A stretch of DNA of 18,162 nt, taken from Candidatus Hermodarchaeum yapensis (lineage in GTDB: Archaea; Asgardarchaeota; Hermodarchaeia; Hermodarchaeales; Hermodarchaeaceae). The stretch is taken from positions 1 through 18,162 of the forward strand of contig JAEOSK010000045.1 of assembly GCA_016840405.1 (NCBI GenBank), written 5' to 3'. The notes below the pieces were generated by a model. It did not search any database. It was not told the origin of the DNA and saw nothing but the letters and a program-made list of their open reading frames with translations. A program made the translations under genes and the position numbers. Below, piece after piece: positions 1 to 8,028 of the stretch (positions are counted from its first letter, which is position 1; each line of letters opens with the position of its first letter).

Positions 1-98
1 GATACATTATAAGAATTAATTATTGGAATGAAAGAAAAAAATATTTATTAAATAGGTTAAATGAACTTGAAAATATATTTTTAGATAAGTAGCATAAA

Positions 99-263
99 TT
101 AACTTTTTAATAATCTTTCAAGTAATTCGAGATCGTTTTTGAGATTTGAAAAATATCTTTTAGCTCGTACTAAGTAAACGGATATCGATTTTTTCTTAAC
201 TCCCGTTTTGAGGAATTTCTTTATCACATCTCGCTCATGGTCCGTCAGTATGTAGCTTTTCAT
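99..263 (-). CDS. Small basic hypothetical protein, 54 aa (MKSYILTDHERDVIKKFLKTGVKKKSISVYLVRAKRYFSNLKNDLELLERLLKS); possible DNA-binding protein; absent from the ORF track
   Basis: Translated by hand: ATG at 263-261, TAA at 101-99, frame open throughout. Lys/Arg-rich with an amphipathic helical pattern. TTTAAA lies about 25 nt upstream (leaderless archaeal arrangement) and a T-rich tract lies downstream on the minus strand. It resembles small 'MxxYILTxxERxxIxxFLxTG' proteins I recall from archaeal (Bathyarchaeia-like) genomes, unverified. Confidence 0.75.
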   Translation of the reverse strand: MKSYILTDHERDVIKKFLKTGVKKKSISVYLVRAKRYFSNLKNDLELLERLLKS

Positions 264-266
264 GAT

Positions 267-316
267 CACTACTACTGCAGTAATCCGTTTAAACCCTTAC
301 TACAACTGTAGTAGTG
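267..316. promoter_or_regulatory. Palindromic bidirectional archaeal-type promoter: TATA box GTTTAAAC (287-294) flanked by a 9-bp inverted repeat
   Basis: CACTACTAC (267-275) is the exact reverse complement of GTAGTAGTG (308-316). The self-complementary GTTTAAAC sits at the centre. Its TTTAAA core is about 25 nt from the minus-strand ATG at 263 and about 21-26 nt from the tRNA-like start at 314. Confidence 0.6.
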
Positions 317-388
317 GAGGTGTTGAAGTGGCACTTAAAGGACCCAAGGGAAACGAGCCCTCCGTGGGTTCTAACCCCACCCTCCACA
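314..388 (+). pseudogene. Degenerate tRNA-like element (class II, Leu-like) lacking a proper anticodon arm
   Basis: Perfect 7-bp acceptor stem GTGGAGG (314-320)/CCTCCAC (381-387) with discriminator A388. Perfect T-arm GTGGG-TTCTAAC-CCCAC (364-380). Variable-arm-like hairpin AGGG-AAACGAG-CCCT (347-361). The D/anticodon region does not fold canonically and is about 10 nt short for a class II tRNA. A T-tract follows. Confidence 0.65.
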
Positions 389-398
389 CTTCTTTTTT
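389..398 (+). terminator. Oligo-T archaeal-type terminator after the tRNA-like element
   Basis: CTTCTTTTTT lies immediately after the discriminator base. Confidence 0.45.
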
Positions 399-417
399 AC
401 TAGTAAATTGGCGTCCC

Positions 418-436
418 AGTCCCGCCCGGGGCTCCA
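418..436 (+). mobile_element. tRNA-Thr 3' fragment; putative att site (island boundary)
   Basis: AGT-CCCGC-CCGGGGC-T-CCA parses as T-loop end, T-stem 3' strand, acceptor 3' strand, U discriminator and CCA. This matches the archaeal tRNA-Thr pattern GCCCCGG...CCGGGGCU. No 5' tRNA half lies upstream. The sequence to the left is much more AT-rich than the operon to the right. Confidence 0.6.
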
Positions 437-556
437 TGAAAAGCTGATGGATGAGTTTAAAAATTCTATAGGAATTACATGATTACCCCGAGCGACTGCT
501 GTATACGAAGCCTTCATCTGGTGCAATCTTCTATATTTCCTTGTCAGCGGCGGTCA

Positions 557-2890
557 TTATCTTCCAGTCCTATTATCGTCTATAAAGTCGAAGCGCAGAC
601 CGCTGTATCCTTCGCCTTTGCCTGGACTCACGCTACGGCCTATCCAGAGATGCGTCGAGCCATCGATCCATCTTGCTCTCTGAAAGTTCAGGTTGATCTT
701 GACGCCAGCTCGGCTAACTACTTCCTCATTAACATTTGGCGTTGAATTTAGAAGCAATGTCTTGGGTGTTATTCGTACAATTGGTGCTATCGGATCATTC
801 CGTATCATACTTGCTTGCATCAAGCGGACCGAACGGTCTTCTCCCTCCTGACGAACTGCGATATAAGGTATCCAGTTCTCTGGCACAATAGATGCAAGGC
901 GGTAGTACAGAGATGGACCAACATCATCAATGAACTCCTTAATGCGTAGCTTCTGCGCAAGTTTTTTTGCTTCGGCTATTGCATTCATGATTTTTTCCAG
1001 CAAATCGGGTTCTACGCTATCTGGGACTGGTAAATTAGTCATTGATTCTATGACCTCCACTGCTGTTGACATTACGGCCTCTCGTGTAATTATCCAATAC
1101 AGATCTTCTGCAGCTTTACTTGCCATATAGGAACTTACCCACACCTTCCCGAGAGCAGATTTTTCTATAATTTGAATAATATCTGTAACCGCTGTGTTTC
1201 CCTGTTCAGCCAATTCTTTGGCTTTCTCAATAATCTGGTCAAGCCCCAAGTTATTATCAATCATATTGGTGATTTCAACTATGTTGTTCTCAACCGCAAT
1301 GTCACTCACTTCCTGGATGAGTAGTCGTTCAGTCCGGTTGAGCAATTCAGTAGCCATTGGCTTAAGTTCAGCGACTGCTGTTCGGAATCCGTGCTCTCTA
1401 GCTCTAGCAAGATTTTCTAAATACTCCTCATATCCTGAGGTGGGTTCGCCCAATTTATTTCGTATTGTAAACTCAACACCCCACACCATGTTAGCTACCT
1501 CATCTCTGAGGAACCGCACCTCTTCAATTGGGAATGACTCATCTTTGCCTCCAAGAGAAGGCGGAATGAAAATGAAGTCGTCTGTGTGTAGACTGCTGCA
1601 CGGATTGATTTCACGGGCACTCTTGTCGGATTCGACTGAAATGCTGAAGATGTCCCATACATTCCAGCCTATCCCCATCCCGACTGCCTTCGCCGGCAAG
1701 ATGTTTTTGGTTTCTCCGAAGACGTTAGTCACTGATAGCGAATCTACTCTGCTGAGAGCACCGATATCCATCTCATAGGGAATTACAAACCAATCATTGC
1801 TGTGTACCATTGCGAATTCCATTACGAGGAGTTTTCCTAGATCAACCTTATCCAAAGTCAATGCTCCGAAATCAGTCTTTGCATCTTCAAAGCGCCACCA
1901 ACGATGGTTTGGACATCCGTAGAAAGTCAGGGCTGTTGGTATCGACTCAACTGGATCTTGAGTTGATTCGGGAAGCGAATCTTCATAATCATTTACAGGC
2001 GCTGGATCTCCCAGTGTGTGTTCTCGACTCGGATGCAGAGAGAAATCAAACCAGTCAAGATCAGAGCCGTCGTATTCCCTAGAAACCAAGACTTTCTGGC
2101 CTCTCTCGCCATCAGCAACTTCAGGAGCTGATACGCTGAATTCATACTCAATTCTTTCAGGCTGCCATGTTACGCCGTTTACATCTGACGGTTGAGAATA
2201 TAATCTCTCGGCCCAACTCTTCACGCTCTTTATTGCCTGAAGGACTTCTAAATGGGTCGTAAAGTCTGATCCGGCAAGAATTTCTGATACTCTTTGATCT
2301 TCCATTGATAATAGTTCAGACCCGTCTAATGCCCTGCACTCATCATCAACAGGTGTCAATCCGACAACAGGAAGAAGGAACTCTCTGGAGCGGCTGTCTA
2401 GACACGTGTCGTCCAACACAGAAGGTTTTATGCCTGCGGCATCAGGGTTCCTGAAAAGACGCAGAATACCCTCTGCAGAATCGGGAGTAAATCTATTACG
2501 GAGTTCTCTAGCAAACTGTTGGCCGGCTTGTATTCGGAATCTCCATCTAACAGTGTCATCGTTAAAAACCACAGGCTCCTGTTCGACAACCGTTTCTAAA
2601 GGACTTTCTTCAGGGATTTCAACAAATGGTGATTGCATCCCTGGACAATGGTAACGTGTAATTCTCGTGTTGGTTGTCATCAAGGAGGTCTTTATCGGTG
2701 ATCCGGCATCTTCAGCCTTAAACTCGCTCATCTGCCATTGACGCGCCAAAAACCAAAGAGGGCCTCTTACTGGCGCCTGAAGGCTTCTCGTTATGTCATC
2801 AGAACGACACTGAGGCTCTACTCGCTGCCAGAATTCGACGAACCGCTGATAGCCTTCGAGATCTGGAAGTTCAGGAGTCAGGAACGGCAT
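557..2890 (-). CDS. Conserved hypothetical protein (777 aa), last gene of the DUF6603-associated cluster
   Basis: Long ORF with AGGAG about 10 nt upstream. Family-like motif blocks: PLWFLARQWQMSEFxAEDAGSP, WQPERIEYEF, LDWFDF, PNHRWWRFED, EFAMVHSNDWFVIP, EEVRFLRDEVANMVWGVE, VPENWIPY, FQRARWIDG, GEGYSGLRFD. Confidence 0.9.
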   Translation of the reverse strand: MPFLTPELPDLEGYQRFVEFWQRVEPQCRSDDITRSLQAPVRGPLWFLARQWQMSEFKAEDAGSPIKTSLMTTNTRITRYHCPGMQSPFVEIPEESPLETVVEQEPVVFNDDTVRWRFRIQAGQQFARELRNRFTPDSAEGILRLFRNPDAAGIKPSVLDDTCLDSRSREFLLPVVGLTPVDDECRALDGSELLSMEDQRVSEILAGSDFTTHLEVLQAIKSVKSWAERLYSQPSDVNGVTWQPERIEYEFSVSAPEVADGERGQKVLVSREYDGSDLDWFDFSLHPSREHTLGDPAPVNDYEDSLPESTQDPVESIPTALTFYGCPNHRWWRFEDAKTDFGALTLDKVDLGKLLVMEFAMVHSNDWFVIPYEMDIGALSRVDSLSVTNVFGETKNILPAKAVGMGIGWNVWDIFSISVESDKSAREINPCSSLHTDDFIFIPPSLGGKDESFPIEEVRFLRDEVANMVWGVEFTIRNKLGEPTSGYEEYLENLARAREHGFRTAVAELKPMATELLNRTERLLIQEVSDIAVENNIVEITNMIDNNLGLDQIIEKAKELAEQGNTAVTDIIQIIEKSALGKVWVSSYMASKAAEDLYWIITREAVMSTAVEVIESMTNLPVPDSVEPDLLEKIMNAIAEAKKLAQKLRIKEFIDDVGPSLYYRLASIVPENWIPYIAVRQEGEDRSVRLMQASMIRNDPIAPIVRITPKTLLLNSTPNVNEEVVSRAGVKINLNFQRARWIDGSTHLWIGRSVSPGKGEGYSGLRFDFIDDNRTGR

Positions 2891-2947
2891 GCTAGACCTG
2901 CTCCTTCAGACTGATACGAACGTGCCAGATGGTAATCTCTTGTGCAT

Positions 2948-5900
2948 TCATCGAGATCCCCCCGGACTCGTTGGCATAAAAAGCGCAGGCAAGAAGTGAC
3001 CAAACCCTTGCATGGCATCGATATCTACGGCGCGTATCTTCGCCAAATCTAGGGTTTCCTCGACCGACTCAGCAAGATGTTCAAAGTACCACAAGCCGAG
3101 TGTCGGTGATGCGTTTTTAATTGAATCATTTGTAAGAAACGAACTCCGCGATGACGAGTCAACCGCATCTGTGAGGTCGTTTCGCGAAGCAGGGGCTGTC
3201 CCGCTGTCTGTAGCCCTTAATAATGTGGGATAGAGAAAGACCGGTGGTACTGCGAGAAGAAGAACTTGAGGTGCTTCGGTGTTTGGACGATTATAGTGAT
3301 AGGTGATTGCGGCGTTGACGGTTTTTTTAGGAATTGTTTCATCCCATTCATCAACTATGAAACCTGTTAGTCTGAGGTCTGATGGGTCACCTCCTGGGTC
3401 TTCGGAGATAAGCGTGCCTGTGGGAGAATATACTACGAGAGAAAGAGAACCATGTTGCAGCTCATCAAGATTCGCTCCCTGCAGTTTTAGTGCCAACCAT
3501 TGGTTGTTCGATGGCTTTGGAAGCTGGCCCACTTCGAGTTTTAACTTGGCTTCGCCTGAAAATGCTTCGCTGAGCATCATGACGTCCTCGAATTGCTTCA
3601 GTTTCGGATGCGTGTGAGCGGCCTTCTGAAGCCACTCGATGGACATACCATCGTCGTCTAGCTCGCTGAATGCGTTTTCTAGATCTGCTCTGTTGCGAGC
3701 ATTGAAGAAGGGAAGTGCTACGAATGACTTGCCAAAGATTTCCTTTATGCTTTTAGCCAGTGTGTGCACTGCCTGCCTGAGTTTCGCTGTATCCCTAGTT
3801 TCATCCGTATCCCCTGAATCAACATACTCTTGGAACCGTTCGGCAGCTTGATCTCTTTGTGATGCGGCGGCATCAAGCCTTTTAGACAACTCCTTGGCGA
3901 CATCATCAGCTTGCTTAGTCAGTACCTTTTTTGTTTCTTGATCGTTTTTTATAGATTCTGGGATTGACCCTTTTACACCATAGAGGCTTGCAGATAGCAA
4001 TGCTGATCGCAGGTTTGGAGGTGAAGGATCATCAGGGCTTAGACTTTCGATTACTGCATCTAGCTTTTTAATCGAGGTTTCTATACGATTTAAATAATCC
4101 TGATATTCACAGCAGTTGAATCCCGCAAGGCTGTTTCCTTCGGCCTCTTCAGGGAGATAAAGGTCAGAAGGCTCAAGGAATCTTGAACCAGATATCATCT
4201 GCTGCAGTCGACGAGCCAACGGAATGACTTCAAGGAATGACTTGGATGACTCAGGCCAATCCGGCGATGGTTTGAAATCAAGTCTCACTTCCGTATCCAA
4301 CGAGAGGTTTTCCTTTGAACGGATCCTGTACAAGATCCTTTGTTCCAGTTCTGTTGCCCCTCCACCAATCTCAGACACAGACATCGCCAAGAAGTCCATC
4401 GGCCCAAGGTTCTGTTGGCTGGCTAAATCCTTCAGAGTAATGAACGGATTTTGGTAATCGTCGGACATGCCGTCAAACCAAAATTTGCACATGACTTTTG
4501 CCGGATCACCTAGCATTGTAGCTATCCATCCAGTCAAATGCAATGCGGCTTCCGACCTAGGAGATATCTCATCATTCCATTGATTGCCGGGTTCTACTTC
4601 ATCCATTGTACTGAGGACCAGAACCCGATGTTTAAAGGTGAATCCTCCTCGAGGTGTACGGATGCTTTCAGGTTCTGGTATAATTCCTCCCCCAGCGGCC
4701 AGTGCATCCAGAAGAGCGGGGGCCCTGTCAAAATTTCCTTGGACATTGTGATAGATGCTCTCATATAAAGCTAGATCATTAACTGCATCATATGCATCTT
4801 CTATGCAGTCTAGCTCTGTTGAGATTGCGTTGTACTCGGAAGTGTTCAGGTTACTTAAAACATCATCGTCGTTAAATGGTATTGCATCGTCTTCATTGTT
4901 TTTCCACCTTCTCCATGCCTTGATTAGCTCATAACCATCAACAACATTTCGCGGCACCACAACTTCTTCGGTCTCGCCGGCCTCTTCCTGGTCGTCAGTC
5001 TCCTGCAGAACTTTAAGAGGATAGAGTCGCCTAAATGCATAAACATAAGTCCCCAGCTCCAGCCGAGCTTCAAGATAGTTCTCGAACAGCCCCTTTTCAA
5101 ATCGATAGCCAAGGAGTGTAGACAAAGACTGCCCCTGACGGATTCCATCAACCAGCCACACCGCCCGACGAACTCTGTCGGAGGTAAGTCTGACTGCAAA
5201 GGTGTCCTTTCCTTCCTGTTCTGTGTGAGTAAGATAGGCGTTTCGAAGTACGGCGCCGGCTGCTGCTTGTGCAGGTTTTAGTGTGAAAATAGATCCGCCT
5301 TCTCTAACTAATCCCTGTTGTCCCTTCTGTAAATCCTCCACCCATCCATATGCCCCCAGGTAGATTCCATTTGGCAAAACCTCTCTCATACAATGCAGGC
5401 GTTTTGATGCAATAGAAGTTATGTAGGCATCCAATCTATTGGTGAATAGATCTAATGTTTCTCCAAGGAGTCTTTCCAATTCTGCGGAGGAAAGCCCACT
5501 GAGACGTTCTAATCCAACTCCATCGGGGTTATCCTGTAAAAGAATGGACATTCTAAGTAGATTGTACAATAGGCTGTCCTGCTGTTGTACTGGAGGCTGA
5601 TCGCTGTTTCGTATTGCATCAATGTCAGCAACATTATCCTTAAGCCACTTAATGTACTCTTCTGTCTCTGCACTCGGGGCTTCTTCAGATACTGGTTCCT
5701 TTTGAATAAATGGATATAGTTTAGGTTCTTCCTCTTCTGATCCTTCAACTTCTCCTTTCGGCCTTCTTAGGTTCTCTAGCTCATATCCCTTTCCCCAGCT
5801 TACAAGGGTAAGTAAAAATGGATTTAGATCTGGAAAATCATTATCAACATCATGCAGCTGCATGAATTTTTCCCTATAGTAACGCCACCTGTCCATATAT

Positions 5901-7996
5901 GCTCCGCTCCACATATTGAGCCAGTCTGTGCTACTAGGCATGCCTACTTGCTCAAGGAAGCCTTCAAACCAAGATGGGATTGAACCCATAAAGATAGGCC
6001 ACCAGAACAATAGTATGTTCCAAAGATAGATAATATTAGTAAATGGCCTGATTAAGGCATCACGGGAACTAGGGCCCATACCAAGGATTTCAATCAGTTC
6101 AGCCTCTGGATCGCCACGACCACCTGCTCTGGGAACTTTAGCCCCATTTTTAGCCATATTCACCCAATATGGGACTAACTTTTGGAGAATTTTTTTCAAG
6201 AATACATTCAGAATGATCTCTTGTCTGCGTTTATCTTTATCATCACCTAGCCAACAGGCGTCCAGTTCAGATGGGACCCAGCTTCTTAGGGATGTCACTG
6301 GTAAGACTCCGTATGGATTGTCACCGACGCGGACGGCTGACAGCGGACCTCTTCCTCTGACAAATTTATAGAAGTGTTCTCGAATTTGATTTAGGATAAA
6401 ACCATACCTGTCGGTAAAGCCTTCGCCTTCACCTATATTGACCCCCCATAATCCCCGGAATCCTTTACTTAGCATGGTTTCAAGATAGTAGCCAAAAGTC
6501 GCAGGCCATATTGCCTGCAGCATGCACTTTGCATTCTCATCTTCGCATAGATCAGCATTTTCAATGTGTTCGAGAACATCTTGACAGATTCCTGACATGT
6601 GTGAGAACCTAAAACCATTCGTAACGGTCGGTTCGGGATTTCCACTAATTAGTGGAGGCCCAAATTCAGTAATATAATGTTTCATCGGATCAGTTGCTCT
6701 TGAATAGCCGGATTTAGCACCTACAACATTGTTGGTCGGCGTGCCTTGCCTAACGAAACTGAAACCCTCAGTATAACGATGGCAATCAATCAACGATTCA
6801 AAGATTCTCTGACTCTCTTCATGATCTGCAGACGCCTTTACTCCAATCGCAATTATGCAGCTGAAGCCTTCTTCAAGGTTCTCTACGTCGTCTTTTGTGA
6901 CTTTGATTGCCATCCCTTTCTCGACGGCCTCATCGAAATCAATTATCCATTTGGACTCGGCATCAAAGAAAAACTGGTCTTCCGGCAATTCTTCATCTGT
7001 GGTAGGATCGGGGCCAACATGAATAGTGATGGGAGCAGGGCCAACATGAAGGGGTGTAGGTATTCGGTTGCCCTTTTTTTGGCAGACAAGTCCCCCTTCT
7101 CTGTAGAGGCGAACAACAAAGAAATCGGGCATAACATACGAACACGGTGGCTCGCTCCACGACTCAGGCCTCAGCAGAGGTAGAGGAGTTTCTAGTTCAT
7201 TCTTCTCTACAAATTTTGGTATAGCATGACCTTCTTCCTTAGGGTTTCCATACTCATCAAGTTCAACCATAAAATCCGGCATTTCATTATAGTTTTCTGT
7301 TATCACGGTTTCATCTTTAAACTGCCTGAACATTCGTACAATCCATGCAGCCCGTTCAGGACCGTATTCTCCAGCGATTTCCAGCCATGCAGAATCCCAG
7401 CGTTCCTGCCATTTTTCATGCTTCTCATCATATTCATCATCATCATCTCTGCAAGGCTTCTTACCGGCCCACCAGATACGGCGTATATAATGACATCCAG
7501 CTTCATACTCATCCTCAGTTAAAGACGGTTCGTGGGTCTGTATCGCAATATCATCTGGGAAAATTCGAATCCAGAGTTCATAGTTCTCTTCCACCGGAAT
7601 GAAACGGGTTTCCAATCTTACTGGAAGCAACAGGACGGGTCTGCTTCCATCTAATATGGGCAGTGGGTCTTCTGAAAGGACTCCTGTTTCAGGTGGAGAA
7701 ATTAGTTCAAGAACCGTCTTCTGTAGATTGTCGATGTCAGTTCTCGATCCTGAAATTTCTTCAGAAACTGTCTCTATTTCCTCGAGAATTCTTTCAAGTT
7801 TCTGGGTTGCATCTGCAAGTTCTCCCCCATCTTCAGGTCTTTGTCCTGACTTTTCAAGTGATAATATGCTTCTTTCGAGAATTCTACATCTAGCTTTCAA
7901 GTTAAGGATATGACGCTGTTTTCTCAGCTTGCTTTCTAACGTCTGTGAAAGTTTTTTCTGTTTTTCGAGCAGCGGATCAACCGCATACTTTCCCAT
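2948..7996 (-). CDS. Large conserved hypothetical protein (1682 aa) with N-terminal coiled coil; DUF6603-associated cluster
   Basis: Long ORF with RBS GGGGTG (8008-8003) 6 nt before the ATG. Motifs: LLLPVRLETRF, LWIRIFPDD, QGTPTNN, VRGRGPLSAVRVGDNPYGVLPVT, RLDAYITS, GAYGWVEDL, GQSLSTLLGYRFE, VDEWDETIP, HYNRPNTEAPQVLLLAVPP, LAKIRAVD. Heptad pattern in about the first 95 aa. Confidence 0.92.
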   Translation of the reverse strand: MGKYAVDPLLEKQKKLSQTLESKLRKQRHILNLKARCRILERSILSLEKSGQRPEDGGELADATQKLERILEEIETVSEEISGSRTDIDNLQKTVLELISPPETGVLSEDPLPILDGSRPVLLLPVRLETRFIPVEENYELWIRIFPDDIAIQTHEPSLTEDEYEAGCHYIRRIWWAGKKPCRDDDDEYDEKHEKWQERWDSAWLEIAGEYGPERAAWIVRMFRQFKDETVITENYNEMPDFMVELDEYGNPKEEGHAIPKFVEKNELETPLPLLRPESWSEPPCSYVMPDFFVVRLYREGGLVCQKKGNRIPTPLHVGPAPITIHVGPDPTTDEELPEDQFFFDAESKWIIDFDEAVEKGMAIKVTKDDVENLEEGFSCIIAIGVKASADHEESQRIFESLIDCHRYTEGFSFVRQGTPTNNVVGAKSGYSRATDPMKHYITEFGPPLISGNPEPTVTNGFRFSHMSGICQDVLEHIENADLCEDENAKCMLQAIWPATFGYYLETMLSKGFRGLWGVNIGEGEGFTDRYGFILNQIREHFYKFVRGRGPLSAVRVGDNPYGVLPVTSLRSWVPSELDACWLGDDKDKRRQEIILNVFLKKILQKLVPYWVNMAKNGAKVPRAGGRGDPEAELIEILGMGPSSRDALIRPFTNIIYLWNILLFWWPIFMGSIPSWFEGFLEQVGMPSSTDWLNMWSGAYMDRWRYYREKFMQLHDVDNDFPDLNPFLLTLVSWGKGYELENLRRPKGEVEGSEEEEPKLYPFIQKEPVSEEAPSAETEEYIKWLKDNVADIDAIRNSDQPPVQQQDSLLYNLLRMSILLQDNPDGVGLERLSGLSSAELERLLGETLDLFTNRLDAYITSIASKRLHCMREVLPNGIYLGAYGWVEDLQKGQQGLVREGGSIFTLKPAQAAAGAVLRNAYLTHTEQEGKDTFAVRLTSDRVRRAVWLVDGIRQGQSLSTLLGYRFEKGLFENYLEARLELGTYVYAFRRLYPLKVLQETDDQEEAGETEEVVVPRNVVDGYELIKAWRRWKNNEDDAIPFNDDDVLSNLNTSEYNAISTELDCIEDAYDAVNDLALYESIYHNVQGNFDRAPALLDALAAGGGIIPEPESIRTPRGGFTFKHRVLVLSTMDEVEPGNQWNDEISPRSEAALHLTGWIATMLGDPAKVMCKFWFDGMSDDYQNPFITLKDLASQQNLGPMDFLAMSVSEIGGGATELEQRILYRIRSKENLSLDTEVRLDFKPSPDWPESSKSFLEVIPLARRLQQMISGSRFLEPSDLYLPEEAEGNSLAGFNCCEYQDYLNRIETSIKKLDAVIESLSPDDPSPPNLRSALLSASLYGVKGSIPESIKNDQETKKVLTKQADDVAKELSKRLDAAASQRDQAAERFQEYVDSGDTDETRDTAKLRQAVHTLAKSIKEIFGKSFVALPFFNARNRADLENAFSELDDDGMSIEWLQKAAHTHPKLKQFEDVMMLSEAFSGEAKLKLEVGQLPKPSNNQWLALKLQGANLDELQHGSLSLVVYSPTGTLISEDPGGDPSDLRLTGFIVDEWDETIPKKTVNAAITYHYNRPNTEAPQVLLLAVPPVFLYPTLLRATDSGTAPASRNDLTDAVDSSSRSSFLTNDSIKNASPTLGLWYFEHLAESVEETLDLAKIRAVDIDAMQGFGHFLPALFMPTSPGGSR
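7011..7050. repeat. 13-bp exact direct repeat at 27-bp period (in-frame 9-codon duplication)
   Basis: GGGCCAACATGAA occurs at 7011-7023 and 7038-7050, encoding LHVGPAPIT-IHVGPDP. Confidence 0.7.
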
Positions 7997-8028
7997 TATT
8001 TACACCCCGTACTATCTTGATTCAAGCA

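Noticed and set aside
314-388. Functional canonical tRNA (e.g. reading the AAACGAG loop as anticodon ACG)
   Set aside because: That hairpin lacks U33, has only 4 bp and sits in the variable-arm position. No canonical D or anticodon arm can be folded.
262-447. 61-aa plus-strand ORF
   Set aside because: It runs across the promoter palindrome, the tRNA-like element and the att-like fragment, and the translation is not protein-like.
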